Assembly (NCBI RefSeq): GCF_024521635.1
Contig: NW_026250406.1
Coordinates: 1,240,001 to 1,304,000, forward strand
DNA length: 64,000 nucleotides
Direction: 5' to 3'
Source of the DNA: Tricharina praecox
Taxonomy: Eukaryota
Below, piece after piece: positions 50,482 to 63,762 of this stretch (positions are counted from its first letter, which is position 1; each line of letters starts with the position of its first letter). The notes under the pieces were generated by a model that was not told the DNA's origin, searched no databases, and worked only from the letters and a program-made list of their open reading frames with translations. The position numbers and the translations under genes were made by a program.

Positions 50482-51419
50482 CTGCTGGGGGCGGCGGCGG
50501 CATGCACAGGTAGTCACTCGCTCCCGTGTGATAATCCGTGAGTGTGCAACTTCCAGTCCAGGGGAAGAACTTCTCGGAGCGCGCGGGATGGGCGGCTGAC
50601 GGTACAGACTCGGGACTTGGTAACTAGCTAGCTAGTCGATTGTCGATAAGGTTGTTCCGAATCTAGAAATCCCCACAATCTGCAACGAATTGTATCTTGA
50701 TTGCGGGGGAGGAGGCCGTACGTACTTACTCTACCTACATAAGGGCTGGCGCGGTCCCTACCTCTGAGACTTGACTGGTCGTTCACATGCGACGTCGCAC
50801 CAAGATCGAAGGCCTAAGGCGGCAGATTCTGCCGTATACTCCTATTCAGAGCAGTTAGAACTCCAGTATCCACATATTGGCACTCTGGTGAGAATCAGTG
50901 AGATAAGTAGTGTACTTGTGCACTCGGGCAAACTTTTCCTTCGTCCGTATGCATACCACAAAAGTGCCCAATACGGTACCCAGAGTACCTATAATGCAAA
51001 GCCCGCCCGGGAAGATTTGGTGAGAAACGCCAGCAAACGCAGCGGAAGTGCAGGAACAAGCGAAAGGAAACTCATATGGCACAGCCGACCAGTAAGACTT
51101 TGCTGTGACATATGTACACTTGAAGTCCACATACCTACAGAGTCCGTCTGCCAGCTGGACTGACGGACATCCGCCCTTCGTGGCTTCGCCTGAGGTCTCC
51201 TGCCTTGATGTTGTGCTCGATGGTTGTTGGAGTCACTTGGAGTGACATACGTCCCTCGATGGCGATGGCGATGTTGGAACGGGCCATGTAGAGTATCGGC
51301 TATTGAGACTGGAATGGGCCATTCATACTGGCAAGAATCATCGAGACTGAAACGAGTCATTCAGCCTGGCAAGATCCATTGACACCAGCGAGCGAGTGAT
51401 CTGCAGTGGTGACTGGTTA

Positions 51420-51612
51420 TGCGGGGGCCCTTTGCCAATGCCTCCCTTGGCCAGGCGAGAAAGCAAGCGCACATAGAGGAGAGAGAGGAGATGGGGTGTT
51501 GGCCGTCGATTCGATAGATGATGATCTAGAAAGAAGAAGAAGAAGAAGCAGAAGACCCTGCCATGCCCGCCATGCCCACCAACGTTGATACCCACTATTA
51601 ACCACATTCGTT
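51420..51612 (-). repeat. Dispersed repeat family B, copy 2 (inverted)
   Basis: Reverse complement matches 9407-9605. Confidence 0.8.
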
Positions 51613-53881
51613 TTCTCCCGCCGACAGGAGTCCTCCCTCACTTCCTCCTCTCTCCAACAGCTCCTCCGTCACTGTGCTACAGCGCCGTCGACCGCGCAGC
51701 AAGCCATCGAGCCAGACCGCTGGACGACCGCACAACATATGGGCGCTAGTGAGAGGGCCTAGGCTATAGGAAAGAGACATTCTCATAATCGAGACTGGAA
51801 CGAGTGACGCGCAATGGTGACTAAAATCTTGGGTTCATTGGATCCTCGATGGAGCCATTCAGACACGCCAAAGTCTACTACTACATATAAACCATGGACA
51901 ATCGCCCGTCCAGTAGCTATTTTCCCTTTCCACCCACCCAAGCCTCAAGGTCCTCATTATCATTGATGTGCCTACTCTACTTCAGTACTCTATGTACTGT
52001 AAGCCGCCGCCGCCGCCGCCTCCCGCGCGCCGGCGGAAACGCAGCCCGCTACTAACTAACTAGCGCGCAGAGCTCTCTGCTATCTACTATACTCTACATA
52101 AATGTGTGTAGAGTACCGCCAGCTAGGCAACCTCGGGCCGATACCTACTCTACCATACCTGCGGCTCCGTCGTGTCGGCCGCGAAAGTAAGCGAAAACGC
52201 GACATCCCCCGGATCGTGCCCCCGGATCATGCCCCCGGTAGGTCCGGTATGTCTGTAGCAGCCACACAGCCGTTTCCGTTTCCATTTCCATTTCCGTCAA
52301 CCAGGAATTTGAGTTGATGGGGGGGGGGGGAAGGGGGGGAAGGGGGAGCGGGGGGAGCGGGAATGAGGGTTGCGCCCCCAGATTACCGTTTTTGGTGGCG
52401 TAAACTGTGGAATGTGGAGAGCGAGGCGAGAGACGAGCGGGGAGCGGGCTGCGGGGGTTTACATTTTTATATGTAGTTGCACGGGTACTCACCCAACACG
52501 TACGAGGTTGAAGGTACTCACGCCGCATACGAGCGGGGAGAACCGAGAGGCCGGCTGGCGAGATATCTAGATACCGGTACATCCCCGTGCCAGGGGGCGG
52601 CGAGTTAGCCGAAGTTCGAAGCTCGCCTTCACGTGTGCAGCGTCTCGATGGAAACAAGTCTGTCCGTCTGTCTGTTTATGTGGTTGCGTTGATGGCGCAT
52701 CAAGTACTGGTACATACTACATAGGGGGAGTATCGGCATAGTGACCGGACGTCGCATCGTATTGCAGCCTGCAATATGCCTGCCTACTCTACATACTACG
52801 GCGGGGACGATCCCGCCTCGGTCGGCTTCTACCAGTTATAGGTAACCATGCTGTGCTCAAACAGACCGACAAGAATTGGCAAATGCCCTGATACATACCA
52901 CACTTTTCAGGGCTACAGCCTACATACCTGTGCTAGTACCTATGTGACTATGTCCGTCCCGGCTGCGCGTCTCCTCCGTTCTCCGTTCCCCGTAACTAAC
53001 CCCGTTCTCCGGTCTCCGTGAATGCATCAAGTATCAAGTATCAGATATGTAACTATCCCGCTGCTATGATATGTATCCCGCTGCTATATCCCATCCCATC
53101 TCATCCCATCCCGCTGCCATCTCAAGACTTATCCTTCCCCATGATCCATCTCTTCCATCCGCCCGGAAAAAGCAACTATAAAACTTCGCCCCCACTTTGG
53201 GGAGAAATTGTCTCTGAGCAATTGCAATAGCGGCTGCCTCAGGCTTCTATGAGAATCAACCAGGTAACTACCTACCCAGATATCTACCTGGGTAGTGGTG
53301 TATCCAGTAGAGAACGCCTCCTACGTAATACGACATTGTGCTTCGCGCGGAGAGGAGAGGAGAGGAGAGACGACTAACAAAACCCGAGGAGGAGGGATTC
53401 GAGAGTCGAGAACGGTGCGGGATACAGGATAAGATGGGGGGAAGCATAAGCCAGATGTAGCAGTAGTGAGTACATGGCATACATCGCGTCGATTGTCGTT
53501 CTCCGTTCCCCAGCAACTAATCCCGAGCTCGTCGATTACTGGTACATACCAATTATCACGTACCTATATAATATCTATGGACACTGCCGCCTCCAGCCGT
53601 CACAGCCCCGAATCCCGATCCCACACGTGAGAACCCCGTGGCAGAGCCCTGGATAGAAATAACCCACAGAACAATATCGCAGCAGCGATCCGGAAGCACA
53701 CCATCTAGTATCTACCTGGTTACCTACCCACCTACCTATATACCTACCTACATAGTATATAGTTGACGATCAGGAGCACGCGCGTGGAGAACATCGAAGC
53801 TCAGGAACATCCGGACTCGGGAGTCGGAGCAACAGTGCGTTGTCAGGCATGTATGTGTGTGTACCTGAAACTCGGAACGCA

Positions 53882-53924
53882 GACTCAGGGACTCAGGGAC
53901 TCAGGGACTCAGGGACTCAGGGAC
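53882..53924. repeat. Minisatellite (GACTCAGG) x5
   Basis: Read directly. Confidence 0.9.
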
Positions 53925-55582
53925 AACCTACATACTCTGCTTACCTACCGGTACGTGCCGGTAGATAGGTGTCTACTACCGGTATACATACCTCTTGTAT
54001 GTACATGTACGTAAATGTAAGTCTCTTCACCGTTCACCGTGGAAACGGTTCGATTCCGGCGCTTAGCTGCTTATCAACACGTTTGTATGTATGTATGTAC
54101 ATAGCGGATGTATTGTACCTACATAGACTACCGGTTTTGCGTTCATTTCAGTGGGGACATGCAGGGGAGTTACATACATGTGTATGTAGTATGTACGGCC
54201 GACCCTGCGTCGCATCGCGTCGCGTTTCTGTAGGGTGAGGATCAGGGTCGCTTTGGATTGAATTGGCTTGGAGGTTTCTTTCTCGGACGGAGGGAAAGGG
54301 GAGCTACCTATATGTACTTATAGTATGATCCTGTGGTCATGATGCTGTGCACCCGTGGTCACTGGGTGAGCTAAAAATAAGGATTATTCAAACTTCATCA
54401 CAGAGCACAGAAGAAGAAGAAGAGGACTTATGAAGAAGAACGAGGATTGGGGGGCCGAATACGAGCGGGGTGGGGCGGGATGGGGACGGAAGAGCGTCGG
54501 AAAGCGAGTCTGCGACGAACATGGAACACTCACTGATCTCAAGCACTCACGGGACGGGGACGGATTCGCTGGAAATCCCTCACCGCGCCGGAATGTGTGA
54601 TCGGACCATCGGGGTGATGCGCGCTATGTATGTACCATGTGTACTTGTACATACACCGCCCTGCCCTGCCCAGGCGGGTTGGTGAGTTACAGAGCTATCG
54701 GGATCCCGGTTGCATGCATGCTCTCCATGGTCCATAACGTTTCCCCCCCTCCGAACTCTCCGACATCTTATGTACATATGTACATGCTCCCGACCTTCAC
54801 ACGAGGTATGTATCTTATCGGAGTGGACCTGCGCATGTGGCGTGAGCGAGATTTCGGTAAAGCACGATCGCTGGGATTGAAGGGGGGGCGGATGACTGAA
54901 CACCAAATTTGCCGGCTAGTTGGGTGGATGATGGGGAACAGATGAACTCTGACCGGCGCTGAGGGAAGAGAGATGGGACGGCAAGAGTGCAATTGCCGTG
55001 CCGACTTCTTTTGGGAGAGGTTGCAATCCATTCCGGTTAGGTGGATGGAGAGAGATGGATCGCCAAGATCCGGGAAGTTCCTCCTCATCCTCATCCTCCT
55101 CCACCCGGCTAAAGTTGATCGTTGCGAGAGGGGAGTGGATTCGGATGGACTAGGCCGAATTTCGGATGGTGTCGTTACTATAGTAGTGGTACTATACGGC
55201 GCTATAGTGGTTGTAGAAACCCTGGGTTTGCCAGAAGAGTGGGAATGATCAGACGCACTCGATAGGGCAGTTGATCTCACGAAAGTGCGAGCTGAAGACA
55301 CACACAACCCCTTGCGCATGGTTGGAGTGAAGATGCACAATCAGGGATCACCCGCCCTCTCAGTGCGACGCGGCTATGTCTGCAGATCTCATTGTTCGAG
55401 TTTTCGGCTAACGACATTGCGAGTGTTGCTCCGTGCAGCATCAGCAGCAGCAACAACGGCCAGGCAGCGACCACCCCTCCAGGGAACCATATATGCTGGC
55501 CTCTGCCTCGCGCGCCTTCAGCCTATCTGACATGGCCCACACAATCCGACGTCGACAAGCGGTGGCATCACGATAAGAATCG

Positions 55583-57092
55583 ATGGCAGTTCTTCCGTCA
55601 CCAACAACAGTCGGCACGGACGGGTGGACGGCACCCACCGGCGTGGCCGCCCTGCTCGGGGTCGCCCAAGGCCAGGCCGCCGGACTAGCACCGTTCCCTT
55701 CAGGCTTCATCCCGCCAAACTTCTACCCCAACTACGTACCGGCTCACCGAGGTCCCACGATGGTGCTGGTCTGCAGCATCTCGATGGCGCTCGCATTCTT
55801 GGTCGCCGTGGCAAGGCTGGTGACGAGGAAGGTCGCCGCCGGGAAGCTGGGCCTCGACGACTGGATGATCGTCCCCGCTACGCTGTTCTGCATGGGCTTG
55901 ACCACCGAGAACATCTTGGCTGCTACCGGCGGAGGCCTGGGGAAACACGCCTGGGACATGACATATTCTGAAGCGGTCGTAGGGGTACAGGTAAAGGGCA
56001 CGCCCCCTCCCCGCCTCACCCATCCGAACGAGCCACTAACACGCGCGTGTCTCCGTATGTAGGTGTTCATCACGCACCTGCTCCTTTACAGTATGTGCAT
56101 ATTCTTCGTCAAGCTCTCGGTGCTCTTCTTCGTCAGCCGGCTCGCGAGCCCCACCGGGCTCATCCGCTGGGTCGTCAACTTCCTATTCGCCTTCCACATC
56201 GCCTTTATCGTCGGCTTCGTATTCGCAGCGACATTCCAGTGCGCGCCCGTCGGCGCCGGCTTCGATCTCTCGCTGCGCTTCCACCCGGCGACGAAATGCC
56301 GTGACTACACGGCCTTCTACTGGATCACCACCTCGATCCACACCGCCTCCGACATCGCCTCGCTGGCACTGCCGATATGCCTCGTCGTCGGCTTGCAGAT
56401 GACATGGCAGAAGAAGGCGGTGGTGATCTTCATGTTCAATCTCGGCGGGCTGGCATGTCTCTGCTCCACAGTGCGAATGGGCTACATCGGCAAATTCGCC
56501 AATTCCTACGAGCCCTCATGTACACCCCCCCTCCCCCGCGCACTTCACGCATAACTAGTTACTAACCCCTCCTTTTCCAGGGGACGCATTCGACCCCTCG
56601 CTGTGGGGCCAGCTCGAAGCCACAATCAGCATCACCACCGTGTCCCTGCCGGCGCTGAAAGTCCTGTTTGCGCGCGTCATACCAGGGTTGCTCACCGAAG
56701 CGACGAGCGGCGCCAGCGACTCGGCGGGTAGATCCCGGAAGCGCGACTCGCTGTACGATCTGTTCCGGCGGGGGAGCCAGCTTCAGCAACAGGCGCAGGT
56801 GTCGCGGACGACGAGTATTACCACGCACACACTAGTGGAGGAGGAGGAGGAGGAGGGGGGGGGGCAGAAAGGAGACGGGGAGGATGACGAGGTGCGAACA
56901 CTACCGCTGCCACCAAAGAAAAGGATCTCGACTGGTGGGGGAGGCGCGACGAATAGGGGCGGGTTTGGGAGCGATGTCGCCCTGGTGGGCGTCATCACCG
57001 AGAAGTTTACGGAGGCTATAGATCTCTCGCCAATGCCGCCACGAAGGGTGGTCAGTACGTCGTCGCATAGGGTTTCCTTTGGCGATAATTAG
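55583..57092 (+). CDS. PTH11-like integral membrane protein (fungal rhodopsin-domain/GPCR-like, no CFEM), 458 aa
   Basis: Exons 55583-55990, 56063-56519, 56581-57092 (1377 nt). Motifs RL..R....GLDDW, GGLGKHAWD, VKLSVLFF.SRL, FQCAP, SDIA...LP...V..LQM...KK, W.QLEA.I.I...SLPALK; about seven hydrophobic segments. Confidence 0.9.
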
Positions 57093-58162
57093 TGGAGTTT
57101 TACGAATGCAGCGCTGTTACATGACTTCTCGTGATGCGCGCCGTTTCTTCATTGATGCAAAGTTCCATCTGTGTGTTCTGTCTTCTCTCTTGATCTTAGG
57201 ATCTGGCGTAGCTAGGAGTACTTTTCTGGGGGGTGGGGGGCGTTCGAATCGGGGTACGATAACATGATGCCCAACTAGGTTGTCCACTATTGGGCTTAGT
57301 TAACCATGGCCATCTCTACGGCGTTCTCCGACACTACCTTCACTACTGTAATGAAGCTTCCGATCCCCCCGCCGCCCACAGCAGACCCGAGGAACCAAGG
57401 ACCCTCTAGAGTAGCGACCAGAAGGAGATCCAGAAACACCAAGCCAGCCCCCACCCGCAACGTAATGAAGCACAGCACATCATGCGACTCCGCAAAACGA
57501 ATCATCAACTGGCATTCACCGCCAAGCGCGGTCCACCTGCTCTACTCTGGGTGGTTATGCACTTCTTGGTTAGCCATATGCATCTCCAGAATCTATCTAG
57601 GTAGCTGAGAGCGCCAGCACGAGCGCGGGAACTCACTCATTCACGCATGTCTCACAAGTAACAAGAAGCTATTCATTTGCCGAACATGCAATCAAATCAA
57701 ACTCGACCGCACCACGGAAACTTCCATCCATCGTCTCGACTGAGTGAATGTTGGAACTATCTACCCTACTAACTAGTGTAGACTCATTTGACTTGCTCGA
57801 ACGAACCAGAGCAGATAGCGCGAGTGGGTTGGTTCGAGTTCTGTTCGTGGCCCCCATGGCGATGTCTCACTATGCACAGCTAGTATCTATGGTACGGCGC
57901 CCGCATCCCGCATCTTGGATTCTTGGCTGGCCGATCTTGAGATGAAGATGGGGATGGGGATGGTGGATGCGGGGAGGTGATGTGGGGAGAACGAGAGGGG
58001 GAGGGGGAGGTCCGACGCCGCTCGCTAGTCGCGACTCGCGACTGTTATATCGAGTATCTAGAGTAGAGTAGAGTGCAAACGGCTGTGGCGTGCCTGGTTG
58101 GACAGCGAGCTTCTCGCACCTCGGTCTCACGAGGGTGGGAAATGTTCCTTCTTCGAAGACTA

Positions 58163-58212
58163 GTAGTGCGGTCGCCGTACAATAGTCTGGAAGCGCTGTA
58201 TGCGAAATGCTA
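58163..58212 (+). repeat. Diverged solo family-A end module
   Basis: agtgcggtcgccgtacaatagtctggaagcgctgtatgcgaaat vs agtgcgatggttcgccacagtctagataggctgcatgctaaat at 8317. Confidence 0.5.
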
Positions 58213-59204
58213 CCTAGTAAAATCGACAGTCTCTTCATCAACATGCGCGATTCCCGTTACCTCCAGACACTCGGAGATTGTCGGTTTCCCGCCGGAAGCG
58301 GTGCGGAGCAAGATCGAGTCGAGAGTCGAGAGTCGAGAAGTCTCCGCTCGCGCATGCATCGTTAAACCTTCATCGCGGTCGACACGTGATATCAACTAGC
58401 ACATGATGATGATGGAGTAGGTAGCGCGGATGATCTCGCGGTCGGATCACCGGCGATCGTTCGGCTCCCTCACCCCTCCCCCCCTCCCCCCCCTCCCCCC
58501 CTTCCCCGCCGACCTCGGATGCATGGCAACCACTCATCCAGCGGGTAACTATAATATGGCGTGATACGGATATCGCAGCCGAGACAACCCGCTGTTTCTC
58601 TTTCTGATTCTGATTCTGTTCCTGATTCTGTTTCTCGGTCGATGCTCGGTCGATGCTCGGAGCGTCCGGTACTCCGAGACACGTGGGGCCGCCGGGTTAG
58701 GGCATTCGGATCGGGAGAAACGGTAAGTAGTGCTACGAATTGAGAGACGCTCGACAGGTACATACGAGAATATCTGTTGGTTGATAATGTCAGATGTGTT
58801 GAACAATAGACCGGTCCGACAAGATGAACAGAAAAGCAGCAACAGAAAACATTTTAACGTTCAACGACCGCATCGGGTCTGCCCGCCATCACACCTTAGT
58901 TCCACCATACCGCCGCTCGCCGCAACACAGAGGCGTCAAGACGCTCGCTCTACCTTACTATTCACACTGGAGAGCTCTGGCTGGCTAGAGTACGTACATT
59001 GAGTGCGAGAATCTTCTTTTGTTTAATCATCATTGCATTCGTCCTTAGTACCTAGATCATAGCAGATTACATGTCCTTTTCCACCCGGATGTCACCGACC
59101 GCTGACCGTGAGCTCCCTATTGACCTCCGCCCTGCCCTCCCGATTTAGTGCGTGAACCTGCAAGGACAGAGAAAAAATCGGAGGTGGCCGGGTGTTGCGA
59201 GTGA

Positions 59205-60033
59205 TATAATGTGAATCACTCGCAAACATCACACTTCTTCAGGGATTTCGCGGATTCGAGGGGTGCGGCTCTGTCGACTTACACGCGACGCACATAGAGA
59301 TCTACCGGTAGGATTCCACAACTACTCTCACTACATACTCTGGAGAAAGGGTTGCATACTGACGTAGCCCGGCAAAGGGAACGGCGTAAATGAAGAATGA
59401 TGAAGAAGTTGAGGTTCTAGATATTCAACTCCGAAGAGCCGTTCTGCTGCTATGTACCTCCTATCGATGGGCGGTGCGGAAGTACCATCGTACGGACAGG
59501 AGGTAGAGAGAAGGAAGCAAGAGATTATACAGCGAGAAAACAAGAAATGCAGTACTATATTGGACGACACCTGTCCTCCCAAATCCCAAGCCTTCCCTTC
59601 CCTCATTGCGTGTAACCGCTGCGTATACCATCACAATGTCCATTGCGAATGGCCATTGCGAATGGTCATTGCGTATCCTACTTTTCCCAAATTACGTGTC
59701 CTGGCTTTTGAGTTCGCCAGGCTGTGACGACGTAACTTTCTTCACCTCCATCGTTCGGTATCACCCAATCCGACTACCCGCTTCTCCTATCTTATCTGCT
59801 TCCTTATCCATCCTACGTATCGCTGCTCTCATGGTGAGAGTGCGTGAACTCGTAAGGATCAGGAAAAATGTGAGGTAGACAAGATTTCCGACATATCGCG
59901 TGATTCACTGATAAACGGCACGCTTCTCCACGGGCTTCGCGGATTCGAGGGGCGCGGCTCTGGCGACTTTCACGCGACAAACTTAAAGATCTATGATAGA
60001 CTACTGCTAGGGTTCGATAACTACTCCTACTAC
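59205..60033 (+). repeat. Pair of diverged ~130-bp direct repeats (~59205-59335 and ~59893-60033)
   Basis: Shared gtga.tcact...cttc...ggg.ttcgcggattcgagggg.gcggctctg.cgactt.cacgcgac...agatcta...aactactc. Confidence 0.8.
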
Positions 60034-61157
60034 TGTAAGACTGAACGGCCGTTCGCACGAAGTGACGAAACGGGTTGATATGTATGACCGGCGTGTCTGG
60101 TTCTGTATCCCAAGCGGGTTCGTACGTCTTCCTGTAACTGCGAATATAGTGAGCTCGCAAAGCTCCGATCTCCCAGTCCTTTGCGTCTGCCAGTAGGTAT
60201 GGTACCGATCACCTCGCTGTCGATTGTCCGGACTCCTCCGGGTACGGACTCCTGAGTCCTGAGCGTCCAGCCACGCAGGAACCTTGAGGGAGGCAAAGCC
60301 GGATCACGAGCTCTCGAGTCTCGACTAGAGGCCCACTCGAATACTCGCTGGGAGCTCTGACGTCGCCGCGATGTCTCGCTGACGGGACTCGAGAGGAGGA
60401 GAGATAGTTTTGCGAGCTGTTAGTGTGCCAACACTCCTACAGGCTGGAGGCGGGATCTAGAAGAAAGCACACACAGTGGCACAGAGGAAGGAGAAGACGT
60501 GAGGGTTGATCGTCTGTGCGGATGATGATGATGGTGATGATGATGAAAAGAAGAAGCAGAAGGAGAAGAAGTAGGAGTAGAAGCAGACGCAGACGGCTAT
60601 GAGATCATACGGCCCCGCTGGACCACCCAGCGCTGGTGCTGCCACTAATAATTATAACCCCATTCGCTTCCTCCCGCAAATACGTCCTCCTCCCGCAGCC
60701 TCCTTCCGCCGACAGCTCTCCCATCGCTTTACAATAATAGTGTGAAGAAAAGGAAACGATTCACTGCAAGCGGTGGTTGTGGTGTCGTGATACCCGTGCT
60801 CGCCACCGGTGAGACTACACGCAACGATGTCTATCGATTCGAAATCTATCTAACAAGAACCCGCTCTAGAGTAAACCTTCGGCTCCGCCCCGAGGCTGCC
60901 AAGCTCGCATGACAAAGACTAAGACAAAGACAGCCGCATCGCCACAGTAGCAGCCACGGTGGTAGCCACGGTGTGGCTCCGCCACACTATGTACCCCGAG
61001 AAAAGGTGGCGTGCGAAGATCACGTGAAAACTTTTTTTGGCACTGAGGTCCCCGCTTCGTTCCGAACCTGCCCGACGGCAATTTCCGAACACATGGCTTT
61101 CGGAACGAGATATCATAATGTTATGTATAAGAAAAATTACGACGGACAAGAACATGC

Positions 61158-61232
61158 GAGAGAGAGAGTACATCAATTTATTGTCGCATGCAGCCTTACT
61201 ACTCGCAGACTATGGCGACCACCAACTTCCCA
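61158..61232 (-). repeat. Solo family-A end module (subtype B)
   Basis: gagagagagagtacatcaatttattgtcgcatgcagccttact...agactatggcgaccaccaactt matches the reverse complement of 32395-32457. Confidence 0.75.
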
Positions 61233-63506
61233 ACCTTTCCTGCCAGCTCCGCGGGGTCGAGAGAAAGCTCTATTATACCACCACGGCCCGATGCTGCGCC
61301 GCTGTCTTGGAGAAGAACTGAATGCACTAGGCATTGTATTAACTCATCATATATCACGCCTTCAATCATCCGCCGCGATATGTTTAGGGATACGAAGAAT
61401 AAATCGTATCACGAGGCGCCACGTTCGGAATCAGAGTAACCACGGCTGTAGCCTGTCCCTCTCCGAGCTTGTGGGTGTCCTCTTATCCCTCTTATCCTCC
61501 AAGGTCTCCATCGAAGTATCCTCAGCACTGTATCCGACAGGGCTGGCGCGCGGTGGCGAGTCATGCTGCTCAATTGTTCGTGGCCACTCCCTGGAACAAG
61601 CTTCCGCCGGCTGGACGACCTCTGGATCTAGTTAGGGTGTTCGGTTGGAGACTTGAACCTGAGCTTGTGCGTCCTCTTGGATCCTGTATGTAGCTCGTGA
61701 GAGACGTGTAGCGCGGGAGGATGCATCCCGCGACACCCCGTGACATGAGCCAGTAAGGTGTCTTCCTGCACGTTGACAGCCTCTCTCGCTCAATATTCTT
61801 TCCCATGACTTCCGTCGTTATATCTCTCTACTTGAGGTTCTCTTGCGAGACGAAAATAATCAGAAGTATAGAGTGAGAAGCACTGGGAATAGTATGAGTG
61901 GAGTTCGTGGATCCGGTCGGAGGTACGATGGAACGGGATGTAGGTAGTCGACAGAGCCGTTCGCAATCTCGTAAAACGTAGGGGCATAGTTGTTGAGCGG
62001 AAGTCGGGGATCGCAATCGAGCGCTGGAACTGTAAGCGGATGTCAAAGAAGATGCGACGAAGAAAGGGTAGAGCGTTCCGGATCTCAGGTGTCCACCTAT
62101 TCATCATCCTCGGACGAAAACAGATGGGCCCCGCCGTTTCCTCATCCTGCCCTGACCCTTTACTAGAACCAAAGAAACGGGTATCACAAGGTCCAGCTTG
62201 CATGCTGCGCTGTTCATTCAGCAATGTTTCGATTGTTGCTGTGGCGGGATGGTGTAGTACGCGGTGGCAAAGGAGAGACTTGGGACACACTCCCAGTAGC
62301 TCCAACGAGCATCGCGACAGCAACAACGACCTCCCTCAGACCCTCCACTGCGATGAAACACTACTCCCTTGCCGTCTCGGCGGACAAGAAACGGGCGATG
62401 ACATTGACAAGAGCGTGATCTTACGGTCGGCGACAACGTGGGCTTGCGCGACCGTGCCATCACTGCAGATGGAGTAGTTATGCTCGAACATTCGGCGACG
62501 GCCGGGTAGAGTTGGCAACGATGGATCTCATTCAATCGGGCTTGAAGATCTTCGACGATCTTGGTAGGCGATTTGGTGACTGTTTAGGGGTGGCGGAGGA
62601 ACGATGTCGCGGGCGACTGGGAGAGGCACCGTGAACAGCGGGGCGAGCTGTATATCTTTCCGACGTAATGTTCACGTATGCGAACGCGGCTGCTAGAAGA
62701 GAACATGGCGCTGAGGCTGAGACGGCGAAGCTTTGGAACCGAGTCCGAAGATCCGGGGATGGGTGGGGTTGTTTGTCGAGGGGTCGAGGGGTCAAGCTGG
62801 AGCCTCATGTCGCGTGCACTGACGCCGAGTGTTATGTAAGCGATCATACATGTGCACAATGGGGCATATAGTAGATGCACATCCATGATTTCGAAGAACT
62901 GACATTGCGGCGGTAGCACTTCACAAACATTTGTCTTCCTCTGAAAAATTTCTTACAATTCTCAAATGTCCGCTTCATTGCTCCCACGCGTCTCCATGCT
63001 CTTGCTGGCACTCGGGCTTACGTGATACCTGTTTGTCCGTGGTCTTGGCATATCGTAGAGCCTCACCTACACACTTTATCGCCATTTGGCTCACCACTCT
63101 TACACAAAACGTGATCGCGTCCCACCGAAATGCGCATCGAAAACGAGTTTCGATTCCTGTCCTTTCACGCCTCTAGCGAAATCTCGAACTAGCCTCCCGC
63201 TTCAAACCCACCACCACCACCACCTTCTCCTCTTTCTCTTCCTCTCCTCTTCCTCTTCTCTTTCTCTTCCTTACACTAGAACCCAAGTAACTCACCCACA
63301 CTTACTTGCACTTCTTTCGACCACCAACAACTCTCCCCCTCGCTCATCTACTTGTTCCTCACTGCAGCTGCACAAGTACATCTCTCTTCGCGCATACACA
63401 CTGAGCACATACAGTCTCTCGAACCCCACGCTCCCGAACCCCCCGTCGTCCGTCGCACGTCCGTAAGGCTGCCCCGAGTCCGACGTCAACACACAACCCA
63501 CGAGAG

Positions 63507-63703
63507 ATGCCTGACAACTCCCGGGGCCGAAAGCGAAAGCAGCCCGCAACGCCGACTCCAACCAACCTCCGTCCCCCGCCCTACCACATCAACCCGAACG
63601 AAAACCGTGGTCCTTCCAACAGGGGAGGTCGCCAACAGCGTCGCGGTAATCCGAACACGCTACAGCAGCAACAACAACAACAACAGCAGCAGCAACAGCA
63701 GCA

Positions 63704-63762
<59 letters not shown>

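Noticed and set aside
32165..61321. Recurring peptide ERE(N/I)xxLxSHAAxxDYG in several short ORFs, suggesting a peptide family
   Set aside because: It is the translation of the 60-bp DNA module; copies contain frame-shifting indels and share no start, stop or splice context.
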